Positions 9,166-16,970 of a stretch of 22,668 nt of DNA are shown piece after piece (the first letter of the stretch is position 1; each line of letters starts with the position of its first letter). The translations under genes and the position numbers were made by a program. The stretch comes from Pedosphaera sp. (GTDB lineage: Bacteria; Verrucomicrobiota; Verrucomicrobiia; Limisphaerales; SIBH01). The DNA is taken from NCBI GenBank assembly GCA_031414955.1, contig JANOQV010000296.1, forward strand, positions 1 through 22,668, given 5' to 3'. The notes below the pieces were generated by a model that worked only from the letters and a program-made list of their open reading frames with translations, did not search any database and was not told where the DNA came from.

Positions 9166-9540
9166 TCACAAAACCTCTAATCGTGCCACAGTGCCAGTCG
9201 GGTCAACGAACAAGTCGAAGTTCGATCCCTTCGTCATCAGGTGGTGCTGCGCGCGGTCAAAAGTGACAAAGATGGCCTGTGCGTCGTGATATTGTCGGTC
9301 CAGATTTTCGAATGGTGGCGCTCTGAAACCAAACCAGAGTGTCCAGACACTGTTGCCCTCTGAGAACCTGGTGTCTGCTACCTGAAGCATCGCCCAGTAA
9401 GCCAAAGTCGGTTCGAAATCATGAGTCCGTGGTCTCAGTTTCCACGTCCCCTCTGGCATGGGGTGCACACGCACTGAATATCGTGGACTCGGTGAATGAG
9501 CGAGGAGTTGTTCCCACTGCGTCTGATAGGTTGCATGCAT
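9166..9540 (-). CDS. Hypothetical protein, probable integron gene cassette ORF (124 aa)
   Basis: Lower GC (52-57% in lines 9241-9420 counted by hand). Perfect core site GTTAGGC (9560-9554) 20 nt before the ATG and an attC-like hairpin right after the stop. No recognisable domain. Confidence 0.6.
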   Translation of the reverse strand: MHATYQTQWEQLLAHSPSPRYSVRVHPMPEGTWKLRPRTHDFEPTLAYWAMLQVADTRFSEGNSVWTLWFGFRAPPFENLDRQYHDAQAIFVTFDRAQHHLMTKGSNFDLFVDPTGTVARLEVL

Positions 9541-9718
9541 CGCGCTTAAAGCGGCCTAACAGGTCTTCGGCCTCAAAAAAGCCATGTTGGTCAGCGAGGC
9601 CTTTTCGGGGCGGGGCGATGGTTCGGCCCAGTTCATGGGGTCATCTCATCACCCAGCCTCAAACCGGGCGATGACAAAGGCGGCGTTCGTTCGGGACGGC
9701 GGCCCGGAAAGCCCAAGG

Positions 9719-9791
9719 TCTCGCGAAGAGGGCGAAGGCGACGAAGTGGGAAGCCTGCTTTCCGCTGCGCTTCCCTCGCTCCTTCGCGAGA
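9719..9791. repeat. Imperfect long hairpin downstream of the DUF1428 gene (REP-like or terminator-like)
   Basis: 10-bp perfect arms TCTCGCGAAG (9719-9728) / CTTCGCGAGA (9782-9791) with further imperfect pairing inside. Confidence 0.5.
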
Positions 9792-9884
9792 CATTCAGGT
9801 CCAAGCGCAGACGCTGAACATGCATTTCGGCCCTCCGACTTCTGCTTCCTGCCTTCTTCCTTCCGCCTTCTTCCCCGCTCCGGC

Positions 9885-10244
9885 TCAGGCCGCGACGATG
9901 GTCTTGAATCCGCCGTAGCTCATGCGCGCGCAGTCGAAGGGCATCTTCTTCGGATCGCACAGGGCCATGATGCGCGGGTCTTTCATCACCTTGGCATTGA
10001 CCTGGTCGCGGTGCGCGCGGGACTTGTAGGTGACGAAGGCGAAGACGACGGTCTCGCCGGGCTTGGCCTTGGCCAGCTTCGGGAAGGGCACGCCCATTTT
10101 CACCGCGAGGTCGTCACCGACGCATTCGCGGTATTCGAGCGCGCCGTGTTCGCGCCAGAGTTTCGAGGCCTTGAGCGCCAGCTTTTTGTAAGCGGCGAGG
10201 TTTTTCTTCGGGACGGGGAGCACGAATCCATCAACGTATGACAT
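9885..10244 (-). CDS. ybaA: DUF1428 (YbaA-like) protein
   Basis: MSYVDGFVLPVP, EHGALEYRECVGDD, GETVVF, MPFDCARMSYGGF. Confidence 0.92.
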   Translation of the reverse strand: MSYVDGFVLPVPKKNLAAYKKLALKASKLWREHGALEYRECVGDDLAVKMGVPFPKLAKAKPGETVVFAFVTYKSRAHRDQVNAKVMKDPRIMALCDPKKMPFDCARMSYGGFKTIVAA

Positions 10245-10256
10245 AAGTTTTGTTTT

Positions 10257-10661
10257 TTAGGTTTTGCTGGTTACGGGACGAAAGACGAGACCGGCCCAGG
10301 CCTTGCGCTCGGCCCAGAGAAGAAAGAGCGCGCACGCACAGATGCCGAGGATCATCGGATTCCCCGCGCCCTCTTTCGCGACGAAAATGTGGAAGGCGAG
10401 GATGTTGACGATGATGGGGCCGAGGACGAGCAGGCCGAGGTTGCGCGTGAGCGGGATGAGGACGAGCAGGCCACCGATCAGTTCGAGGACTTTCACGAAG
10501 GTGAGGTAGCCGGTGGGCGCGAAGGCGGCCATGAAGTGCGCGGGCGGCGTGCCTTCCGGTGGCGCGGGCGGCGTGGGACCGAGCTTGAAGAGGACCATGA
10601 CGCTGGCCATGAGGAACATGAGCCCGAGCAGGACGGCGGCGATGTGGGAAGCGATATTCAT
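10257..10661 (-). CDS. DoxX-family membrane protein
   Basis: Four TM helices, FMAAFAPTGYLTFVKVLELIGG, LGPIIVNILAFH. Confidence 0.8.
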   Translation of the reverse strand: MNIASHIAAVLLGLMFLMASVMVLFKLGPTPPAPPEGTPPAHFMAAFAPTGYLTFVKVLELIGGLLVLIPLTRNLGLLVLGPIIVNILAFHIFVAKEGAGNPMILGICACALFLLWAERKAWAGLVFRPVTSKT

Positions 10662-10685
10662 AAGTGAGCTGGGTGGTGGTTGAAC

Positions 10686-11225
10686 TTAGTTTTTGGGCGT
10701 GGACTCAACGATGGACTTGATCGAGGCCAACCCCTGGTCGAACTGCCCGCCGATCATCTGGTTCATGTCCATGAACATGCACATGGCTTTGCCGATGAAG
10801 TTGTTCTTGCCGGTCATGCTCCAGGTGACGGTGGTGCCGTTGCCCTCGGGTTTGAAGGTCCACTCGGCTTCGCTGGTGCCGGCCATGGGCTTGTAGAACT
10901 CGAGGTGGAACCGCACGAGCTCGTTCGGCTTGCTCTCGGTGATGGTCATCTTGCCTTCCCCGACCTGGTTGTTGCCCGCCCAGGACATGATCGCGCCTTG
11001 GCCGGCGGCCGGACCTTCAAACGTGCTCTTCGCCGCGGGGTCGAGCTTCATCCACGGCGACCACGGTTCCCATTTCTTGAGTTCGTTGACGTGCGGGAAG
11101 ACCGCCGCCGCCGGGGCATTGATGGTGGCGCTCCGTGACACGCGGAACTCCGAAGGCCGCGTCGCGACCACGATGACGAAGATGACGACGATCACCGCGA
11201 GGCCGAGGAGGATTTTCTTAAGCAT
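10686..11225 (-). CDS. SRPBCC (polyketide cyclase/START-like) protein with N-terminal membrane anchor
   Basis: Hydrophobic N-terminus, FRVSRSATINAP, WEPWSPW, TTVTWSM, IGGQFDQGLASIKSIVE. Confidence 0.9.
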   Translation of the reverse strand: MLKKILLGLAVIVVIFVIVVATRPSEFRVSRSATINAPAAAVFPHVNELKKWEPWSPWMKLDPAAKSTFEGPAAGQGAIMSWAGNNQVGEGKMTITESKPNELVRFHLEFYKPMAGTSEAEWTFKPEGNGTTVTWSMTGKNNFIGKAMCMFMDMNQMIGGQFDQGLASIKSIVESTPKN

Positions 11226-11267
11226 AGGTTTTATTGTTGTTGGTTTCGTTGGAACGGGTCGGGAAAT

Positions 11268-11564
11268 TCAGCCGCCCGCCATCGCCCCGACAACCAGAAA
11301 CGGCTCCGCCCCGGCAACGACGGGTTCGGGCAGCAGCGTTTCCGGCGGGTCGAGCGACAGATCCTCCTTGCAGGCGAAGTAGCGGATGAAGGGACGGCGC
11401 TTGAGCGTGCCGTGGTCGCGGATGGTGCCGCGCAGGACGGAAAATTTGGCTTCCAGCGCGTCGAGCACCGCCCGCACGGTAACTGGCGCGGCAACTTCCA
11501 GCGTCACCTCGCCTTCGACGCGCGCGAGGTTGCGGAGATGAAATGGAAGCACGACGCGAATCAT
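11268..11564 (-). CDS. MoaD/ThiS-family ubiquitin-like (beta-grasp) protein
   Basis: 98 aa, [14 protein letters not shown]...[22 protein letters not shown], ends AMAGG. ATGA overlap with the upstream propeller gene. Confidence 0.9.
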   Translation of the reverse strand: MIRVVLPFHLRNLARVEGEVTLEVAAPVTVRAVLDALEAKFSVLRGTIRDHGTLKRRPFIRYFACKEDLSLDPPETLLPEPVVAGAEPFLVVGAMAGG

Positions 11565-12727
11565 TTCAACGTCTGGACTTCGACCGACAGCACGCTCGGC
11601 AAGTCATGGACAATCGCCTGCCAGTTGTTGCCGCCATCCGGCGAGACATAGACCTGGCCGCCGGTGGTGCCGAAGTAGATCCCGCACGGGTCCATCGAAT
11701 CGACGGCCATCGCATCCCGCAGCACATTTACGTAGCAATCCTTCTGCGGCAGGCCCTTGGTGAGCGGCTCCCATTCGTTGCCGCCCGTCTTGCTGCGATA
11801 GACGCGCAGCTTGCCGTCAGGCGGGTAGTGCAACGAATCGCTGGTGATGGGCACGACGTAAATCGTCTCCGGCTCGTGGGCGTGAACGTCGATTGGAAAG
11901 CCGAAGTCAGTGGGCAGATTGCCGCTCACTTCACTCCACTGATCGCCGCTGTTGTCGCTCCGCATGATGTCCCAGTGTTTCTGCATGAAGAGCACATCGG
12001 GCCGCGACGGGTGCAGCGCGATACGATGCACGCAATGACCGACCTCCGCGTCCGGATCGGGCAGCTCGTAGAGCGACTTCAATCCGCGGTTGATCGGTTT
12101 CCAAGTTTTGCCGCCGTCGTCGGTGCGGAACGCTCCAGCGGAAGAGATGGCGATGTAGATGCGGTTGGCATTCTTCGGATCGAGAATGATGGTATGCACC
12201 GCCATGCCGCCCGCGCCCGGCTGCCAGAGATGGCCCTTGGCAGAGCGCAGGCCGGGGAATTCCTTCCACGACTTGCCGCCGTCGGTGGTTTTGAAAATCG
12301 CCGCGTCTTCCACGCCCGCGTAGGCCGTATCGGGATCGGTCAGCGACGGCTCAATGTGCCAGACCCGCTTGAACTCCCACGGATGCTGCGAGCCGTCGTA
12401 GAACTTGTGCGTGCCCACCTCGCCCTCGTACGTGAACATGTTGCTCTTGCCGTTGGGCATTCCGTCCGGGTTCATCAAGTCCTCGGGCTTGGTGCCGGGC
12501 GGATTCCAAGTCTTGCCGCCGTCATCGGAGCGCTGGATGACCTGTCCGAACCAGCCGCTGCTCTGCGAGGCGTAGAGGCGGTCCGGATCGGCGGGCGAAC
12601 CTTTGAGGTGGTACAACTCCCAGCCTGCGAAGTGTGGGCCGCTGACTTCCCAATTCTGGCGCTGGCCGTCGGCGGTGAGAATGAACGCGCCTTTTTTCGT
12701 TCCGACGAGGACCCGGACTTTGCTCAT
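11561..12727 (-). CDS. Cytoplasmic BNR/Asp-box beta-propeller protein
   Basis: Six Asp-box-like motifs ([54 protein letters not shown]). No signal peptide. AGGAG RBS. Confidence 0.9.
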   Translation of the reverse strand: MSKVRVLVGTKKGAFILTADGQRQNWEVSGPHFAGWELYHLKGSPADPDRLYASQSSGWFGQVIQRSDDGGKTWNPPGTKPEDLMNPDGMPNGKSNMFTYEGEVGTHKFYDGSQHPWEFKRVWHIEPSLTDPDTAYAGVEDAAIFKTTDGGKSWKEFPGLRSAKGHLWQPGAGGMAVHTIILDPKNANRIYIAISSAGAFRTDDGGKTWKPINRGLKSLYELPDPDAEVGHCVHRIALHPSRPDVLFMQKHWDIMRSDNSGDQWSEVSGNLPTDFGFPIDVHAHEPETIYVVPITSDSLHYPPDGKLRVYRSKTGGNEWEPLTKGLPQKDCYVNVLRDAMAVDSMDPCGIYFGTTGGQVYVSPDGGNNWQAIVHDLPSVLSVEVQTLK

Positions 12728-12859
12728 GGTTCGCTCCTATTTTGTATGCGTTTGCTGGTTTTGGCGGCACTGGGTTTTTCCCGGTGCGCCGCTTTCAACT
12801 TACGGAGGTGCAGTCTGCCCATTTGCGTCCTGGCCTGCAAGACGCTCTGTGACGTCCCG
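12724..12859 (-). pseudogene. Probable 3' remnant of a PhnB-like VOC (3-dmu-9_3-mt) gene
   Basis: Reads SQSVLQARTQMGRLHLRKLKAAH, resembling the family C-terminal helix (SQRVMQAMMQMxKLDIxxLxxAY). Cut exactly at the end of the 12860-13043 element. Confidence 0.55.
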
Positions 12860-13043
12860 CAGGGCAGACGCATTTCGCACGAAAACCCAAATCCCAAATC
12901 CCAAATAAATTCCAACGGATCAAATTCCAAAACCAGGCGTTCGCACTCCCATGGGAGTTTGGCATTGAGAGCTTATTTGGGATTGGGGATTTGGATTTTG
13001 GGTTTTAGCCCGTGGAACCAAACATTTTGATGCGTCGGCCCTG
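12860..13043. mobile_element. MITE-like element copy 1 with ISAs1-type ends (184 bp)
   Basis: TIRs CAGGGCAGACGCAT (12860-12873) / ATGCGTCGGCCCTG (13030-13043), 13/14 match. Interior has a CCCAAAT heptamer array facing a complementary TTTGGGA-type array. No target duplication. Confidence 0.7.
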
Positions 13044-13069
13044 AATGTTTGTTTCGCTTTCATCGCAAC

Positions 13070-13096
13070 AACGAACAGGCGGAACGGCTCGGGACA
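13070..13096 (-). promoter_or_regulatory. Second ECF42/41-type promoter, upstream of the propeller-Ubl operon
   Basis: Minus strand TGTC-ccgagccgttccgcctg-TT-CGTT, with spacing identical to 8982-9008. Confidence 0.65.
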
Positions 13097-13200
13097 ATTC
13101 TGTGCAAAAGTTTTTCCTCCCGCCAAGTCCGCGAAGAGCAAATCCAGTCTTTTGCGCTCTGCGCAGACCTGGCGGGAGGCAAGATGAAACGCCGAACAGT

Positions 13201-14010
13201 TCAGCCGTCCCCGAAGACCCGCTTCCGAAGCAACCGCATGTCAATCGGGATGAGCACGGCCAGCATCAGCACGCACAGCCCGCACGCCGCGCCGAGATGC
13301 CATGTGACCACGCCTTGCAGCAACAAGCCGCGCAAGCCTTCAGCCAGGTGATGCAGGGGATTCAACTGCGCGATGGCCATCAGCCACGGCACGTTCGGCA
13401 GCGGGAAGTAGGTGCTCGATGCAAAACCAATCGGCATGATGACGAGAAAGAACGGCAGGCTCATGTGGTCAATGCTCGGGAGAATCGCCGTGAAGTAGAG
13501 GCCCAGGGCCGAAAAACTCAGCGCGGCCAGGAACAGCAGCGGAATTGCCGCCGGCATCCAGCCCCAATGCAGCGTGAGCGAACCGGCCAGTCCAAAACCC
13601 GCCAGCACCACGCACACGAGCACCGCGTAGGCCGTGGCCAGCGTCGCCGCCCAAAGCGCCTCGCCCCACACAACGTGTTCGAGCCGCACCTGCGTGGTGA
13701 GTTGTCCTTCCCACGATTTCTGGAAGTGCATGCGGATGTAAGCTCCAAACAGGGACTGAAAGAACGACGACATGAACGCCGTGTAAGCGAGAATGCCCGG
13801 CGCAAGATAGTGCATGTAATCGAGCGACAAGCCGTGCCAGGACAGCGTGCCCATCTGCCGCCCGAGCCCGACGCCAAACGCCAGCAGCATGATGAGCGGC
13901 TCGCACACCGGCGGCAGCGTGGCCGTGTACCAGTTGCGCAAATGGACACGCAAGTGACGGCCGAGAATGGCGCGGCTCTGCCAGGCGAAGGCAGGCAAGT
14001 AGGCGTTCAT
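13201..14010 (-). CDS. ABC-2 type exporter permease (NodJ/YadH-like)
   Basis: Six TM helices, EPLIMLLAFGVGLG, YMHYLAPGIL, SSTYFPL, LNPLHHL. ATGA overlap with the ATPase. Confidence 0.9.
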   Translation of the reverse strand: MNAYLPAFAWQSRAILGRHLRVHLRNWYTATLPPVCEPLIMLLAFGVGLGRQMGTLSWHGLSLDYMHYLAPGILAYTAFMSSFFQSLFGAYIRMHFQKSWEGQLTTQVRLEHVVWGEALWAATLATAYAVLVCVVLAGFGLAGSLTLHWGWMPAAIPLLFLAALSFSALGLYFTAILPSIDHMSLPFFLVIMPIGFASSTYFPLPNVPWLMAIAQLNPLHHLAEGLRGLLLQGVVTWHLGAACGLCVLMLAVLIPIDMRLLRKRVFGDG

Positions 14011-14948
14011 CGTTTTTCCTCCGTGGATAGGGCGAGAAAGAGATCGTCGAGCGTCGGTGGGCGCACTTCGTAGCGCAGTTCAGGAAAGGCGGCGACAAAA
14101 GCCGCGAGGCCGCGCGCATCCAACGCCACATGCCAGTCGGCAAGAATTTGCGCAGGCTTGGCTCCGCGATTTTTGAACCACTCGATGACCTGGGAAACAT
14201 CCGGCGTCTGCGCGGAGAGCAGCACGACGTGTTCGCCGACCACATCGCCCAGCACCGTGCCAGGCAAGCCGGCCGCGCGGACTTTGCCCGCCTGCAAAAC
14301 CAGCAAACGATCCGACAACCGTTCCGCCTCGTCCATGTAGTGCGTCGTCAGCACCACGGCCAGGCCCTCGGCGCGCAGATCGTTGATCAGTTCCCACACC
14401 GCGACGCGAGCTTGTGGATCGAGTCCAGTCGTTGGCTCATCGAGAAAGACCACGCGCGGCCGATGCACCACCGAGCGCGCAATCATCAGCCGCCGCTTGA
14501 AACCACCGGACAAGGTCTCGGGCTTTTGATTCGCGAACGGTCCGAGTCCGAAGCGTTCGATCAGTTCATCGATTCGCTTGGGCAAATCTTCCTGGCGCGG
14601 ACGGTAGTAACGCCCGGTCTGAACCAAGTTGCCGCGCACGGTGAATTCGCTGTCGAAGGTGTCGTCCTGCGTGCAGACGCCGAGCGCGCGCCGCGCCGCA
14701 TCCCCTTCTGTGTCCAGATCAAAACCGGCGATGCGAATCCGGCCCACGTCCGGCCGCAGGAAGCCGTAGCACATGCGCAACGCAGTGGTCTTGCCGGCAC
14801 CGTTTGGCCCGAGCAACCCCAGCACTTCGCCCGCGCGACAGTTCAGATCGATGCCATCCACCACGCGTTTGCCGCCGAGGTTTTTCACCAGGCCGGTCGC
14901 GTCGAGGAGAGTATCGCCGCCCTTGCGCGGCCTGGGTTCATGCGCCAT
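14007..14948 (-). CDS. ABC-2 exporter ATP-binding protein (NodI/DrrA-like)
   Basis: Walker A GPNGAGKT, signature LSGGFKRR, Walker B VVFLDEPTTGLDP, H-loop TTHYMDEAE. Confidence 0.93.
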   Translation of the reverse strand: MAHEPRPRKGGDTLLDATGLVKNLGGKRVVDGIDLNCRAGEVLGLLGPNGAGKTTALRMCYGFLRPDVGRIRIAGFDLDTEGDAARRALGVCTQDDTFDSEFTVRGNLVQTGRYYRPRQEDLPKRIDELIERFGLGPFANQKPETLSGGFKRRLMIARSVVHRPRVVFLDEPTTGLDPQARVAVWELINDLRAEGLAVVLTTHYMDEAERLSDRLLVLQAGKVRAAGLPGTVLGDVVGEHVVLLSAQTPDVSQVIEWFKNRGAKPAQILADWHVALDARGLAAFVAAFPELRYEVRPPTLDDLFLALSTEEKR

Positions 14949-14999
14949 CGAATCGCCTTATGGTTGATTGAAAAACTCTTTGCCGAACGTCGCGCCGAC

Positions 15000-15395
15000 T
15001 CAGGAACGGAGCGGAATGAGTGCGCGCACGCGCGGGTCGCGCAGGAACAGCCCACCCCAGATGAACAGGCCGAAGACGATGGGCCCGATGAAATTATCAC
15101 CCACGCGCAGGTGCGTAAGAATCGCGCCCCCGAGATAACCCGTGAGCAGAATCGCCCCCAGCACGGCTGTCCGGGGAATGAGGTAGAGAATCGCGCAGGC
15201 CAGTTCGAGGATGCCCAGGCCAGTCGCGAGATGCTCCGGCAAACCGAGCTTCGTCATCCCTTCGGCAAAGCCCGCGGGTTTCACGAATTTCATCACTGAG
15301 CTGAAGAGCAGCATCAGCACCGGCAGCGTGCTCAGGATGTATCCAGCCCAGCGGGCTGTTTTTGAAACGGAGGTGGTTTGAATGGTGGATGTCAT
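15000..15395 (-). CDS. DoxX-like membrane protein (131 aa)
   Basis: LGILELACAILYLIPRTAVLGAILLTGYLGGAILTHLRVG, WGGLFLRDPRVRALIP. Start moved to ATG 15395 because the longer ORF runs through the MITE. Confidence 0.9.
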   Translation of the reverse strand: MTSTIQTTSVSKTARWAGYILSTLPVLMLLFSSVMKFVKPAGFAEGMTKLGLPEHLATGLGILELACAILYLIPRTAVLGAILLTGYLGGAILTHLRVGDNFIGPIVFGLFIWGGLFLRDPRVRALIPLRS

Positions 15396-15464
15396 ACGTT
15401 TGCTTCGCAGCGTCGATTGATGCAAAAGTTGCCAGCCTTTGGCAAGGGGTTCGCCCTTCGCCAA

Positions 15465-15667
15465 CAGGGCCGACGCATCAAAATCAGCCGGGAAAGGTAA
15501 AGCCAAAGGCCCAAGCACCAAATCCCAAGCCCGTGTCGGCCACCCGCCGCGTCCGCAACCGTGGGTGCCGTTTGGGGCTTGGGGGTTGGAGCTTCTCTGG
15601 GGTTTGGGGCTTGGTGCTTGGTGCTTTTCACCCTGGCTCCAGTCTGCATTTAGATGCGTCGGCCCTG
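15465..15667. mobile_element. MITE copy 2 with ISAs1-type ends (203 bp) and a 10-bp target site duplication
   Basis: Perfect 15-bp TIR CAGGGCCGACGCATC (15465-15479) / GATGCGTCGGCCCTG (15653-15667), flanked directly by CCTTCGCCAA (15455-15464 and 15668-15677). Confidence 0.88.
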
Positions 15668-15728
15668 CCTTCGCCAATTTGTTCGCTTGCCCCGCCCGCC
15701 CCGACCCCTAAAGTTACGCGACGAAATT

Positions 15729-16970
15729 ATGACTGACCGCCAAGTGATTTACTTCGACAACAACGCCACCACCCGCGTCGCACCGGAAGTGACCGACGCG
15801 ATGATTCCCATGCTGCGCGACTTCTGGGGCAATCCCTCCAGCGCCTACGCCTTCGGCTCGCAGGTGCATGGCCATGTCGAGAAGGCGCGCGAGAAGGTCG
15901 CCGCGCTCTTGAACTGCGACCCCAAGGAAATCGTCTTCACCTCCTGCGGCACCGAGAGCAATAACTCCGCGATTCACTCCGCCCTCGTGACCAATCCCGG
16001 CAAGAAGCACGTCATCACCACCGCCGTCGAGCACTCGGCGAACATGAACTTCGGCGCCTACCTCCAGAAGATGGGCTTCGAGGTCACCTTCCTGCCCGTG
16101 GAGAGCGACGGCTCGCTCGACGTGCATCTGCTCGAGAAATCCATCCGCCCCGACACGGCCATCGTTTCCATCATGTGGGCCAACAACGAGACCGGCGTGC
16201 TCTTTCCCATCGAGGAGATTGCCGCCATCTGCCGCAGCAAGGGCGTGCTCTGCCACACCGACGCCGTGCAGGTGCCGGGCAAGATCAAGATTGATGTGAA
16301 GGCGCTCGGCGTGGACTTCCTCTCGCTCAGCGCGCACAAGCTCCATGCGCCGAAGGGCATCGGCCTGCTCTACGTGAAGCGCCGCACCAAGTATCAACCC
16401 TACGTCATGGGCGGGCACCAGGAGCGCGGACGCCGCGGTGGCACCGAGAACGTCCCTTACATCGTCGGCTTTGCCCGCGCGGCGGAACTCGCCATGTCCA
16501 CCCTCGGCGAGGAGAACACCCGCGTGCGCGCCCTGCGCGACCGCCTCGAAGACACCATCCTGCGCACCATCCCGAACACCGTGCGCAACGGCGCCAAGGA
16601 ACCGCGCCTGCCCAACACCGCCAACATTGCCTTCGACTTCGTGGAGGCCGAAGCCATCCTGCTCCTGCTCGATCAGCTCGGCATCTGCTGCTCCAGCGGC
16701 AGCGCCTGCACCACCGGCTCGCTCGACCCCTCGCACGTCCTCATGGCCATGGGCCTGAACCCGATGCGCGCGCGCGGCAGCGTGCGTTTCAGCCTCGGCC
16801 TCTACAACACAGCCGAGGAAGTGGACTACCTGCTTAAGCATCTGCCCCCGCTGATCAAGCGGCTGCGCGACATCTCGCCGCTCAATCCCGACCACACCGA
16901 CAACCATGCCTACGACATCGAAGCGGCGCGGGTGAAGCACGAGGCTGAGATGGCGGCGGCCAAGGATTGA
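15729..16970 (+). CDS. nifS: Class I cysteine desulfurase (NifS/IscS type), 413 aa
   Basis: YFDNNATT, GNPSS, FTSCGTESNN, MWANNETG, PLP lysine motif SAHKLH, catalytic loop SSGSACTTGS. Confidence 0.93.
   Translation: MTDRQVIYFDNNATTRVAPEVTDAMIPMLRDFWGNPSSAYAFGSQVHGHVEKAREKVAALLNCDPKEIVFTSCGTESNNSAIHSALVTNPGKKHVITTAVEHSANMNFGAYLQKMGFEVTFLPVESDGSLDVHLLEKSIRPDTAIVSIMWANNETGVLFPIEEIAAICRSKGVLCHTDAVQVPGKIKIDVKALGVDFLSLSAHKLHAPKGIGLLYVKRRTKYQPYVMGGHQERGRRGGTENVPYIVGFARAAELAMSTLGEENTRVRALRDRLEDTILRTIPNTVRNGAKEPRLPNTANIAFDFVEAEAILLLLDQLGICCSSGSACTTGSLDPSHVLMAMGLNPMRARGSVRFSLGLYNTAEEVDYLLKHLPPLIKRLRDISPLNPDHTDNHAYDIEAARVKHEAEMAAAKD

Noticed and set aside
11268..12727. Naming the genes moaD and sialidase
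   Set aside because: No moa/moe context. Asp-boxes are structural, and I see no FRIP motif or signal peptide.
12728..12873. Possible c-di-GMP-I riboswitch (GGACGCAAA and hairpins in the leader)
   Set aside because: The GGCAAAC/GNRA P2 stem and tetraloop receptor are missing. The region is better explained as a VOC gene remnant.
12882..13006. CRISPR array or coding repeat
   Set aside because: These are 7-bp tandem units without unique spacers, and there are no cas genes.
13201..14948. Nodulation genes nodIJ
   Set aside because: The similarity is at ABC-2 family level only, and there is no nodABC.
12860..15667. Composite transposon carrying doxX-ABC between the two MITEs
   Set aside because: The 10-bp duplication flanks copy 2 alone, and the outer flanks (TGACGTCCCG vs CCTTCGCCAA) do not match.
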